Positions 49,032 to 58,436 of a DNA stretch of 64,000 nt are shown in pieces. Position 1 is the first letter of the stretch; every line of letters begins with the position of its first letter. The stretch is from Bacteroidota bacterium (GTDB lineage: Bacteria; Bacteroidota; Bacteroidia; Chitinophagales; LD1): assembly GCA_016722375.1 (NCBI GenBank), contig JADKJG010000008.1:33081-97080 (forward strand), written 5' to 3'. The notes beneath the pieces were generated by a model. The model searched no databases. It was not told where the DNA came from and saw nothing but the letters and a program-made list of their open reading frames with translations. Position numbers and translations under genes: made by a program.

Positions 49032-49344
49032 TAATCCGTTTTTGCGGCAGGCTTGGTTATTTCATCAACAGGCTTGACTATTCCTGCGGCTGACTTCCCT
49101 ATTTTCGTGGTGAATTGTCCTATTTCTCTAACAGACTTCCCTATTTTCATGGCAGAATGTCCTATTCCCATCGTCAAATTACCTATTTCCGTGACGGACT
49201 TAGGTGTTTCTGCAACGGACTTAGGTATTTCTGCGGTGGACTTCCCTATTTTCGTGGCGACTTGTCCTATTTCTGTCACGGACTTGCCTAATTCCGTCGC
49301 GGTTTTGCCTCATTCTGCGACAGAATGAGTCTGTGTATTTGCGG
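49032..49344. repeat. 313-bp element: 21-bp phased array (CCTATTTC word) with conserved ends
   Basis: Anchors fall every 21 bp from 49056 to 49308 (CCTATT at 49098, 49119, 49140, 49161, 49182 and so on). It is collinear with 63683-63995 at a constant offset of 14651. Confidence 0.92.
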
Positions 49345-49574
49345 AAAATCAACTAATTAACAGAGAAATGCGAAAAAACGGCATGTTATTGCCATTTGTC
49401 TTCATATTTAATGGGGAATTAGAAGACGGCAAAACTATATACGTAATGCAGTCTATCCATCATGGATATTTGGTATAGGATAGAGGGAATTCTATTATTG
49501 ATAAATGTCAGAGTTCTTTGTAAGGGATATGCGTTGTGCCACTGACCCAAAAACAAGGGTGCATTAAAGTATGA

Positions 49575-49706
49575 AAATCACATTAAAATGTGATTTAGGC
49601 AGTTTTAACCTTTTAATCCAAATGATTTTACATTAAAATCACATCATACTGTGATTTTGTTTGCATAATTGAAAAATTAAAGCTACTTTTGACACATAAA
49701 TCACAG
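49575..49706. promoter_or_regulatory. operator-like inverted repeats upstream of the HTH gene
   Basis: AAATCACA-N6-TGTGATTT (49575-49596), TGATTTT-N5-AAAATCA (49623-49641), AAAATCACA-N6-TGTGATTTT (49635-49658), and a half-site AAATCACAG at 49698. Confidence 0.6.
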
Positions 49707-49710
49707 TATA

Positions 49711-49920
49711 ATGTTAGTCAAGAATTTTGGAGAAACCATAAAAATCAGGCGAAAGGAGTTGGGCATTACTCAGCCCCACTTAGCTGAGTTGGCAAAAGTG
49801 AGCACCAACACTTTGTATAAATTAGAGCGGGGACAAGGCAATCCTTCATTAGATGTATTGAACAAATTAGCAGAAGTATTGGGGATGGAGCTGGTTATGG
49901 AAGTGAAAAGGGTAAAGTGA
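49711..49920 (+). CDS. hipB: XRE-family HTH regulator (HipB-like)
   Basis: 69 aa: IKIRRKELGITQPHLAELAKVSTNTLYKLERGQGNPSLDVL. Confidence 0.85.
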   Translation: MLVKNFGETIKIRRKELGITQPHLAELAKVSTNTLYKLERGQGNPSLDVLNKLAEVLGMELVMEVKRVK

Positions 49921-50047
49921 AAAATCAAAGGTGATGGCGAAATTAATTCTAAAGAGTTAATTGCCATGCTAGTGTATTCTATTAAATCAACCAAACAAAA
50001 TCTAAAATGAATTTCACTTTTCACTTTTCACTTTTCGTTTTTCATTT

Positions 50048-50377
50048 ATGAGAATAGTGGAGATATACCGCAACGGAACTTTGGCTGGAACACTGACAGA
50101 AGAAAATCGTCAGCATTTTGTGTTCAGGTATGATGACAATTATTTTAATGATTCAGACAAACCGGCTATCAGTTTAACGCTTCCAAAAACACAAAAAGAA
50201 TATAGCAGCAAATTTCTTTTTCCATTTTTCTTTAATATGCTTAGTGAAGGGGTAAACAGGAAATTACAAAGCACACAACTGAGGATTGATGAAGAGGATA
50301 ATTTTGGTTTGCTGGCTGCAACCGCCCAATATGATACGATAGGAGCCGTAACTGTAAAACCAATAGAGGCAAAATGA
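50048..50377 (+). CDS. hipS: HipA N-terminal-subdomain protein (HipS-like)
   Basis: 109 aa: GTLAGTLTEE..FVFRYDDNY, PFFFNMLSEG, IGAVTV. The stop overlaps the next start (ATGA). Confidence 0.8.
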   Translation: MRIVEIYRNGTLAGTLTEENRQHFVFRYDDNYFNDSDKPAISLTLPKTQKEYSSKFLFPFFFNMLSEGVNRKLQSTQLRIDEEDNFGLLAATAQYDTIGAVTVKPIEAK

Positions 50378-51381
50378 ATTTGGATGAATTGAAATATTGT
50401 CCCGGAACTTTGGCTGAAGGTTTTACTACTTACAGCCCGGGTTGCTTACGGAATATGTTTAATGGTAAAAAGGTAAATCATGTTTTGCCATATGAACAAC
50501 CACAGCAAAGCGAAGAGGTTGCGGAGCAGTTCATGGAAAATCGCAAACGCATATCCATATCGGGTGTGCAAGAAAAATTGAGTTTGCTTCTTGAAAAAAA
50601 TCTATTGCGTTTGACAAAAGAAGGAGAACAGGGAACCTACATACTCAAACCAATACCAAAAGATTTAAAGAAGGTTGATAAGGTTCCGGCTAACGAACAC
50701 CTAACCATGCAAATAGCAAAACAGGTTTATGGATTGAATACTGCAGAAAGTGCTATGGTTTTTTTCAAAAATGGTTCGCCTGCCTACATCACCAAAAGAT
50801 TTGATGTAAAGGGAGATGGCAGCAAATGGGGCAAGGAAGATTTTGCAACACTTGCCGGTAAAACAAAAGACAATGCCGGAGCAAACTTCAAATATGAATA
50901 CAGTTACGAAGAGCTTGGGCAACTGATACAAAAATTTGTTCCGGCATGGCGGGTAGAAATTGAGAAGTATTTTTCATTGGTAGTTTTCAATTTTTTGTTT
51001 TCAAATAGCGATGCTCACTTAAAAAATTTCTCTTTGCTTGAATCATCCAAAGGCGATTACTTGCTTAGTCCTGCGTATGATTTAGTAAATACTAAACTGC
51101 ATGTGGACGATTCAGACTTTGCTTTGGATAAAGGATTATTTTTGGATAGCTTTAAAAGTGAGCGATATAAAAAAAACGGGCACCCTGCTAAAACTGATTT
51201 CAAGAAATTTGCCAAACGAATAGGAGTTGCCGAAACCAGGGTAGAAAAATTGCTGAATCCGTTTTTAGAAAAGCAATCTTTAATGGAAACCTTAGTTAGC
51301 CGTTCATTTTTAAGCGATGCCAACAAGAGAGGATACTTACTGATGTATATCACAAAAAGGAACTACCTGACCGCAGATTAA
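50374..51381 (+). CDS. hipT: HipA-family Ser/Thr kinase lacking N-subdomain 1 (HipT-like toxin)
   Basis: 335 aa: ISISGVQEKLSL (Gly-rich loop region), catalytic SDAHLKNFSLL, LSPAYDLVNT. Confidence 0.85.
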   Translation: MNLDELKYCPGTLAEGFTTYSPGCLRNMFNGKKVNHVLPYEQPQQSEEVAEQFMENRKRISISGVQEKLSLLLEKNLLRLTKEGEQGTYILKPIPKDLKKVDKVPANEHLTMQIAKQVYGLNTAESAMVFFKNGSPAYITKRFDVKGDGSKWGKEDFATLAGKTKDNAGANFKYEYSYEELGQLIQKFVPAWRVEIEKYFSLVVFNFLFSNSDAHLKNFSLLESSKGDYLLSPAYDLVNTKLHVDDSDFALDKGLFLDSFKSERYKKNGHPAKTDFKKFAKRIGVAETRVEKLLNPFLEKQSLMETLVSRSFLSDANKRGYLLMYITKRNYLTAD

Positions 51382-51463
51382 AAGATTTTATTGATACCCA
51401 TGATTAATGAAGAATACATACCTGATTATGAATAAGTGATTTGAAACAAAAAACCAAAAAGTA

Positions 51464-52156
51464 ATGGCATTTGATTTTTACTCTTTTGTTCATTTTATAT
51501 TTGCCGGATTTATTGCACTTTTTCCAGTTGTCAATCCTCTTGGAAGTGCTTTTATCGTAAATCCCTATTTTTCTGGACTAGATAGACAAGACAGGGTAAA
51601 TGCTATAAAACGAATTGCATTATATGCCTTTGCTATATGCTTATTTACTTTGCTAACTGGGCATTGGATATTAGAATTGTTTGGAGTAACTGTTCCAATT
51701 ATTCAATTGGCAGGTGGAACGATGATTTGCAAAACAGGATGGGATTTCCTTGCGCCGTCAAAACAAAGTAATACAGAGAAGCCAATAAACGAGAGTGAAA
51801 ATTTAAGTCAACAAATAGAAAGCAAACTATTTTACCCAATTACTTTTCCGCTTACCACCGGAGCTGGTACCATATCCGTTCTCTTCACATTAAGCGCACA
51901 TGGTGCAAATAAAAACATAGCACAGTATTTAATAAATACCAGTGCCATACTGATTGCTGTAGCAGCCATGTGCTTCTTGGTGTTCATTTGTTATGTCAAT
52001 GCAGATAGACTAATTAAGTATTTAGGCTCGCAACGGGAGAGAATAGTCAATAATATTATGGCCTTTTTAATCTTTTGTGTTGGACTGCAAATAGCTGCTG
52101 AAGGCATTACTCAACTAATCGTACAGTTATCACGGGTTTTGCGTCAGGAGGGTTGA
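51464..52156 (+). CDS. MarC-family (UPF0056) integral membrane protein
   Basis: 230 aa with six hydrophobic segments: ALFPVVNPLGSAFIV. Confidence 0.8.
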   Translation: MAFDFYSFVHFIFAGFIALFPVVNPLGSAFIVNPYFSGLDRQDRVNAIKRIALYAFAICLFTLLTGHWILELFGVTVPIIQLAGGTMICKTGWDFLAPSKQSNTEKPINESENLSQQIESKLFYPITFPLTTGAGTISVLFTLSAHGANKNIAQYLINTSAILIAVAAMCFLVFICYVNADRLIKYLGSQRERIVNNIMAFLIFCVGLQIAAEGITQLIVQLSRVLRQEG

Positions 52157-52319
52157 AGGGCAAGATTGAAAACTTATGTCTGCCTCCGGTGGATTCAGTG
52201 TTGTCAGACAGTTAAGTGTTTCTAACTCTCCGCGAACGAAAAGCTCGAACTGTTATAGACATCTTTTGGAAACACGGCTAACTTGAAACATTCTACCTTT
52301 GAACAAACAATATACGACT

Positions 52320-52757
52320 ATGACTCTTAAAAATATACTACTGACCTTTTCTATCTGCCTGACAACAATCCTAACAGCTTATGCCCAAACAAGCAGTACT
52401 TGTGGCGACGCTAAAGCAGTTACACAAATAGGGAGATCAAATTTGGCAATCGTCATTCACTCCAACGACACGGAAACAGTTTGGAACGCTTTCCGACTTG
52501 CAAACTTTGCCGCATCACAAAAGGACACCGTTAAAATCTTTCTTTTAGGTAAAGGCGTTGAAGCGCAGAACCTGACATCGGAAAACTTTGATGTAAGAAG
52601 ACAAATGGAAAGTTTTGTAGCCGCAGGTGGACAAATTCTTGCTTGCGGAACTTGTCTAAAACTGCGCCACACAGAGGGCAATGCGCTTTGCCCTGTTTCA
52701 ACGATGGCAGAACTTTATGCGCTTATAAAACAATCACAAAAAGTAATTACCTTCTAA
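52320..52757 (+). CDS. DsrE/DsrF-like family protein, secreted
   Basis: The ATG at 52320 gives a signal peptide (MTLKNILLTFSICLTTILTAYAQ). Also IVIHSND...VKIFLLGKGV...ILACGTCL. Confidence 0.65.
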   Translation: MTLKNILLTFSICLTTILTAYAQTSSTCGDAKAVTQIGRSNLAIVIHSNDTETVWNAFRLANFAASQKDTVKIFLLGKGVEAQNLTSENFDVRRQMESFVAAGGQILACGTCLKLRHTEGNALCPVSTMAELYALIKQSQKVITF

Positions 52758-52758
52758 A

Positions 52759-53379
52759 ATGGCAACAAGAAAAGAACATTGGGAAAAGGTTTACGCATCT
52801 AAACAACCGCACGAAGTGAGCTGGACACAGGAGCTCCCAAAAACATCTTTGGATTTTGTTCACAGTTTTAATTTGTCAAAAGCGGCAAGCATCATTGACA
52901 TTGGTGGTGGCGATAGCAAATTGGTTGACTACTTGCTCGACGAAGGTTTTGAAAATGTTTCAGTGCTGGACATTTCCGAAAATGCAATTGAAAGAGCAAA
53001 GCGACGACTTGGCGACAGATCAAAAAAGGTAAATTGGATAGTTAGTGATGTAACAGAATTTCATCCAGCCACTTCTTACGACTGTTGGCATGACAGAGCC
53101 ACATTCCATTTCTTGACAAGTGCAGACGATGTAAATACTTATCTCACCACAGCAAGACAAGCAGTAAAAGGTTTTATGGCCATCGGAACATTCTCTGATA
53201 AGGGACCAAAGAAATGTAGTATGCTGGATGTTCACCAATACACCGAAGACGAATTACAGCAACAACTCAAAGACGGTTTTGAAAAATTAAAGTGCGTAAC
53301 AGAAGACCACGCTACTCCATTCAACACCACACAGAATTTTTTGTTTTGTAGCTTCAAACGGACTGACCTGCATAATTGA
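52759..53379 (+). CDS. class I SAM-dependent methyltransferase
   Basis: 206 aa: motif I IIDIGGGDSKL, then VLDISENAI. Confidence 0.85.
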   Translation: MATRKEHWEKVYASKQPHEVSWTQELPKTSLDFVHSFNLSKAASIIDIGGGDSKLVDYLLDEGFENVSVLDISENAIERAKRRLGDRSKKVNWIVSDVTEFHPATSYDCWHDRATFHFLTSADDVNTYLTTARQAVKGFMAIGTFSDKGPKKCSMLDVHQYTEDELQQQLKDGFEKLKCVTEDHATPFNTTQNFLFCSFKRTDLHN

Positions 53380-53534
53380 AAGGAAACGACTTCGGATGAA
53401 AAATAGTACTACACAAGACAGCACCTGTCCAAAAATATGTTGTGATATATGGAGGCACGATTTATGTCGAATTGATTGCAAAACTCCGAATTCAGAATTA
53501 ATTCTATTTTGGTTCCGATAATATCCTTGGTACT

Positions 53535-54497
53535 ATGACTCCTCCTTTCAGAAATTTTCCTCTGGCCTTTCGGTTTGCATTCATGTTTTTACTTTTTCTC
53601 GTCAACCTTGGCGTCATGTCCTTTGTTGGTGTATGGTGTATCGGCCCTCTTTTTGGGGTGGAGAATGCCATGCAGGTGGCATCAGGGGTATTCACTTCAC
53701 GTGCAGATATAAATGCCTTCCTGTTTATTCAGGCATTGAGCTCTATCGGTGGGTTTATTCTCACCCCCATGATGTTTTCAGTGTTGGAGACCGGAGAATT
53801 CAAAAGGCATCTTCGGTTGAATATTCCGGTTTCTCTTCGAATGATTTTCTTAGGGATTGCCGCTATTCTCCTAGTACAGTTTTTTATTGAGATGCTGGTA
53901 AAACTGAACGGAATGATTCCCCTGCCTCAATCTCTTGCATTTCTAAAGGAACAGGAAGAAAAGATGAGTTCTGTCATCAAAGCCCTGTTAGATTTTAAGA
54001 GTATCGGTGAATTTATTGCGGTGTCTTTTGTGGTTGCGGTGATTCCTGCGGTGGGTGAAGAAATGTTTTTTAGAGGATTGATTTTAGGTAACCTATTAAA
54101 GAACCGGGTGAATGTGGTAGTGTCTATTTTGATTTCAGCATTGTTATTTGCCGTTGTTCACATGGAATATGAAAACACCTTAGCCATCTGGGCCTTGGGT
54201 GGTTTATTGGGTTACTTATATTATGTATCGGGAAGTTTATGGTTGCCCATCGTGGTACATTTTGTCAACAATTTTCTTCAGGTATTATTGAAGTATCTGC
54301 ATAATATAGGTGCTGTCAGCACCGACTTGACTGAAACATCCGCACCTCTTTATGTCACTCTTATCACTTCCTTATTATTTGTCGGATGCCTGTATATTTT
54401 CCATCAATGGAGAAACACTCCCGATTTTGCTTTAGAAGAATCTGAGTTAGATGATTCGGATGAAATGGAATCTTCGGACGAAGAAGAACAATCATGA
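53535..54497 (+). CDS. CPBP-family intramembrane glutamic endopeptidase
   Basis: 320 aa: EEMFFRG, FAVVHMEY, VHFVNN. Acidic C-terminal tail. Confidence 0.85.
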   Translation: MTPPFRNFPLAFRFAFMFLLFLVNLGVMSFVGVWCIGPLFGVENAMQVASGVFTSRADINAFLFIQALSSIGGFILTPMMFSVLETGEFKRHLRLNIPVSLRMIFLGIAAILLVQFFIEMLVKLNGMIPLPQSLAFLKEQEEKMSSVIKALLDFKSIGEFIAVSFVVAVIPAVGEEMFFRGLILGNLLKNRVNVVVSILISALLFAVVHMEYENTLAIWALGGLLGYLYYVSGSLWLPIVVHFVNNFLQVLLKYLHNIGAVSTDLTETSAPLYVTLITSLLFVGCLYIFHQWRNTPDFALEESELDDSDEMESSDEEEQS

Positions 54498-55318
54498 TGA
54501 AAACATTTTGGATTCGCACCGCGACGGCGCTCCTTTTCGCCGCGTTGATGGTAGTCGGTATTTTTTGGAATCAATATTCTTTTTTTCTGTTGATGTCCGT
54601 CATTCTGATGGGAAGTTTGTATGAATATTTCATCATCATCCATTCGGAAGAGAAAGATAAACGGAGCACTAGATTGGTGCTGTTCATATTCTGGTTCTTT
54701 TATGCGGCATCCTTTTTTCTTCCTCAAATACCGGTAGCCGTTTTGATTGGCGTATTAGCATTCAAGCTATTGGCTAGGCCTCTGTTTTTTAAATCGGAGC
54801 AGCCTTTTTCAAAGACGCAACATGATTTGCTACCGGTATTGTGGATTTCACTTCCAATAATGCTGACCAATCAAATCTTTTTTGAAAAGGGGCCCTATTT
54901 TCTATTCGCGATCTTTTCACTCATTTGGATTTATGATTCGGGCTGCTATATCGTTGGCTCTTTAGTTGGTAAGAATAAACTGATGGAACATGTGTCTCCT
55001 AAAAAGACCATTGAAGGGGCACAGGGAGGAATCGTTATTACATTCATCATCGCTTATTTTTTTAACCGGATTCCTCAACTAGCGGAGTTATCCAGTCTTG
55101 AATGGCTATTGATTGCTTTGGTCGTTGTTATATGTGCCACCATTGGTGATTTGGTGGAATCTGCATTTAAACGAAGCTATCAAGTGAAAGATTCGGGAAG
55201 TATTATGCCCGGACACGGAGGGTTTTTAGATCGTTTTGATGCTTACTTCTTTACGGTTCCCTTTGTCATGCTGGCGCTTTGGCTCTTTGATTTTGTCAGG
55301 CGAAGCGATTTCTTTTAG
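54494..55318 (+). CDS. cdsA: phosphatidate cytidylyltransferase
   Basis: 274 aa: SPKKTIEG and GHGGFLDRFD. The start overlaps the upstream stop. Confidence 0.92.
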   Translation: MMKTFWIRTATALLFAALMVVGIFWNQYSFFLLMSVILMGSLYEYFIIIHSEEKDKRSTRLVLFIFWFFYAASFFLPQIPVAVLIGVLAFKLLARPLFFKSEQPFSKTQHDLLPVLWISLPIMLTNQIFFEKGPYFLFAIFSLIWIYDSGCYIVGSLVGKNKLMEHVSPKKTIEGAQGGIVITFIIAYFFNRIPQLAELSSLEWLLIALVVVICATIGDLVESAFKRSYQVKDSGSIMPGHGGFLDRFDAYFFTVPFVMLALWLFDFVRRSDFF

Positions 55319-55423
55319 GAACAACCCACAATGGATGGTTCATAAAGAGAACTTCAAAAGTCGCGGTCTTTGTCTGTATGATAGATTTTACCTTACATTT
55401 GCAAACCCAATGTATTATCAGGC

Positions 55424-56134
55424 ATGAAAAAGAAAATCAGGATTCATAAAGAAGGATATAAAATCCTCCTCGTTTCCGGTATTGTTCTTCTACTCATCAA
55501 TCTTAGTGCATCTATTGTTTTCGATAATATAGTGGTGCATTACATCACCGGAGGTTCTTCATTAGTCATCCTGATATTTTTCGCCTACTTTTTTCGCAAC
55601 CCCAGTCGTATATTTTTAAGCAGTGATAGCCATATTATCGCCCCGGCAGATGGTAGGATTGTGGTAATAGAAGAAGTACAGGAGCAGGAGTATTTTAAAG
55701 ATAAGCGTATTCAGGTTTCCATTTTTATGAGCCCGACCAATGTACATATCAACCGCAATCCCATCAGCGGCTTGGTGAAGTATCAGAAATACCATCCGGG
55801 GAAATATCTGGTGGCTTGGCATCCTAAGTCTTCTGAAAAGAATGAACGGAATACTTTGGTCATCGAACATGATGAAACAGGTATGGAAGTTCTTGTCCGT
55901 CAGATTGCCGGGAAATTGGCCAGAAAAATCCGCTGGTATCTGCGTGAAGGAGATGAGGTGGAGCAAAATGCAGAGTTGGGCTTTATTAAGTTTGGTTCAC
56001 GGGTTGATTTGTTTCTTCCGGTTGGAACCAAGATTGATGTTGGTTTAAAACAAAAAGTAAAGGGAGGCGTTACTATTATAGGAACCTTGCCGGAAAAAGA
56101 GGAAAAGTCAGGTTTTTTTGATTCCATTTTATAA
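55424..56134 (+). CDS. psd: phosphatidylserine decarboxylase proenzyme
   Basis: 236 aa with the self-cleavage motif context FGSRVDLFLP. Confidence 0.9.
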   Translation: MKKKIRIHKEGYKILLVSGIVLLLINLSASIVFDNIVVHYITGGSSLVILIFFAYFFRNPSRIFLSSDSHIIAPADGRIVVIEEVQEQEYFKDKRIQVSIFMSPTNVHINRNPISGLVKYQKYHPGKYLVAWHPKSSEKNERNTLVIEHDETGMEVLVRQIAGKLARKIRWYLREGDEVEQNAELGFIKFGSRVDLFLPVGTKIDVGLKQKVKGGVTIIGTLPEKEEKSGFFDSIL

Positions 56135-56153
56135 AATTTAAAAAGTAAAGAAA

Positions 56154-56543
56154 ATGAAGAAGGGAATAATGTTGTTTGCTCTGATGTGTGTTGGTTTAAT
56201 GTTTGTCAACGCTCAAGGGAATAGTAATCCAACTCCTGCGAACAAGATGAACTCTGCGGTGAATAGCACTGATGCTGCTCGTCCATCTGGGACGATGGCC
56301 AATTGTCCCGGTGGCATTTCAAAGGGTGCTGCTGCTTGCTGCAAAGACAAGAAGGGGGCCTACGACTCTAAGCAGTGCACTAAAGACATGCGCAAAAAGG
56401 GCGGTAAAGATTGTTGTCAAAAGGCAACTGGAGAATCTTGTAAAAAGGAGGGTGCTGCTAGTTGTAAAGCAGATGCAGATAAAAATAAATCTTGTCAGCG
56501 CGCCTCCACAGGCAAGTGCTGTTCCGGTGCTAAACTGGATTAG
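56154..56543 (+). CDS. secreted Cys/Lys-rich small protein
   Basis: 129 aa with a signal peptide (MKKGIMLFALMCVGLMFVNAQ). The mature half has three CC doublets (ACCKDKK, DCCQK, KCCSG). Confidence 0.6.
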   Translation: MKKGIMLFALMCVGLMFVNAQGNSNPTPANKMNSAVNSTDAARPSGTMANCPGGISKGAAACCKDKKGAYDSKQCTKDMRKKGGKDCCQKATGESCKKEGAASCKADADKNKSCQRASTGKCCSGAKLD

Positions 56544-56703
56544 GACGCTCGTTTGCAGAATTCATAAGGGCGATGAAAATATTCGCAAGGTATCAGCGAC
56601 TTTTGATGCCCACAGATAGTCCATAGTTTTAGGACTTCGTCTTTGGAATATTTTCTACATTGCGTTCAATTATCATTTTATTGTTCATAAAAAACGTACC
56701 ATT

Positions 56704-58362
56704 ATGATTAAGCTATTTACCCCGGTTTTACTTTTGATGTTGCTAATGGTTGGAGGCTGTAAAAAAAACCCAAATAAAACAGATTTGCCATACGGCTTTG
56801 GCTGGAATGGAACCGATGACCCCACTAAGGTCCCTCAATCTATTAACTCGATCAACTTCGCTGCCGGCGCTACTTATCCCGCATCGGCGAGCATTGTTTC
56901 AAAATTTCCGCCTATCGGTAATCAAGGACAATACGGCACCTGCGTGGCTTGGGCAGTGGGCTATGGCGTAAAGACCGCTATCCATGGAATGGATAAAGGG
57001 TTTAATGCTACTCAGCTTGCCAGTTCCGCAAACCAGTTCTCCCCCAAAGATTTATTTACTGCTTTGCCTGATAGCAAAAAAGGAGCGGATTGCAACGGAG
57101 CTGACTTTACAGATGCCTTGGACATTATCTTGAACCGTGGTATTGCAACTATGCAAACGGTTCCTTATACGGGTTTAGGAAGTTGTACCCAATCTACACT
57201 TCAGTCTTCATGGACTACTGAAGCCAACAATTACAAAATAAAAAACTATCGGCGGATCAATTTAACCGTTAATGAAATAAAGTCGTACATCTCTACTAAT
57301 GTACCCATCGTCTGCGGCGCTAAATTGGCCGATAACTTTATGCAATGGAATAGTGATGATGTTCTATCTTCTAATACCAGTTTTGATCAGGTAGGGCAAC
57401 ATGCTTATCACGCATTGGCCATAGCCGGATATGATGATGCTAAAGGCCCCAACGGTGCTTTTGAAATTATCAACTCATGGGGCGAAAACTGGGGCAACGC
57501 AGGAAGAATATGGGTGGACTATAATTTTTTCATCAATACTTTTTGTTTCGGAGGTAATGTATTTATCGCGACGAATAGTGATGGCGGACCCACTCCCCCT
57601 GCACCCGATCCGGTTTCAAACGGCTATGTAGATTTAGCCCCTTGGGCATTTACTGATGTCAACACTTATAATCTTAGCTATCCTACGGAGAGGTATATTG
57701 AGTTCAACGTTTATAATATCGGCGACCAAACTGCCTCTTCTTCTACCGGATGGGCATTGTACTATCTCTATTATAACGCCTACAATTCCGATGATTACGG
57801 CTTTTTGATTGTGGACGCAGCAGATAATTCCATTTCACCTGGAACTCAGTACACAGATGGGAATGGCGTAGTTCACTTCAATGCTAATATTGGGGCAGGT
57901 GATGATTTGGCAAACACCATGTTCAGTTCTTCCTTCATTTCCCAATACTATTATGTGCCCAATAATGTTTCCGGCTATTATTATCTGGTACTAATAGCGG
58001 ATCCGCTGAATGTAATTACAGAGAATGATGAAACCAATAACCTTTTCTATACGACGAACCAATACCCTATTACGTTTATGAATGGAGTAGGTAAAAGAGA
58101 AATGCCAGCTAAGCCGATTTCCGAATTTCGTTTAAAGAACTCGATGCAACCGGTAGCAGCTAACCTGCGCATTCATCCATTTGTAACCGCGGTAAATCAG
58201 ACAAATCCCAATGCTTATTCCCCTGATGAGATCAAGGACATGATTAAGATAGAAAAGAAGACCGGAAGATGGCAGTCCAAGTTAAACAGCTTTATCAGTA
58301 TGCACCCTCAAAATGCTTTAACAAGCAAGATGAAATCAAAGCCCATTTCTGATAATAAGTAG
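56704..58362 (+). CDS. papain-like (C1) cysteine peptidase lipoprotein with a C-terminal beta-sandwich extension
   Basis: Lipobox LMVGGC. Catalytic Cys context QGQYGTCVAWA, His context HALAIAGYDD and NSWGENWG. The later ETNNLFY resembles CARDB. Confidence 0.8.
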   Translation: MIKLFTPVLLLMLLMVGGCKKNPNKTDLPYGFGWNGTDDPTKVPQSINSINFAAGATYPASASIVSKFPPIGNQGQYGTCVAWAVGYGVKTAIHGMDKGFNATQLASSANQFSPKDLFTALPDSKKGADCNGADFTDALDIILNRGIATMQTVPYTGLGSCTQSTLQSSWTTEANNYKIKNYRRINLTVNEIKSYISTNVPIVCGAKLADNFMQWNSDDVLSSNTSFDQVGQHAYHALAIAGYDDAKGPNGAFEIINSWGENWGNAGRIWVDYNFFINTFCFGGNVFIATNSDGGPTPPAPDPVSNGYVDLAPWAFTDVNTYNLSYPTERYIEFNVYNIGDQTASSSTGWALYYLYYNAYNSDDYGFLIVDAADNSISPGTQYTDGNGVVHFNANIGAGDDLANTMFSSSFISQYYYVPNNVSGYYYLVLIADPLNVITENDETNNLFYTTNQYPITFMNGVGKREMPAKPISEFRLKNSMQPVAANLRIHPFVTAVNQTNPNAYSPDEIKDMIKIEKKTGRWQSKLNSFISMHPQNALTSKMKSKPISDNK

Positions 58363-58436
58363 TTCATTTTTTGCATGTGGTCGCCGATTATTCCCAACGG
58401 AGTAATCGGTGACTTTTTTATAAAAGAAATAACGTC

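Noticed and set aside
49032-49344. CRISPR interpretation of the phased arrays.
   Set aside because: The period is 21 bp, with a 15-nt semi-conserved word and only about 6 variable nt. There are no spacers of 25-40 nt and no identical repeats. No leader or cas genes occur anywhere in the window.
56272-56619. Alternative-frame ORF (115 aa) inside the Cys-rich gene.
   Set aside because: It has no signal peptide or start context. The 56154..56543 frame has a clean signal peptide and a consistent Cys pattern.
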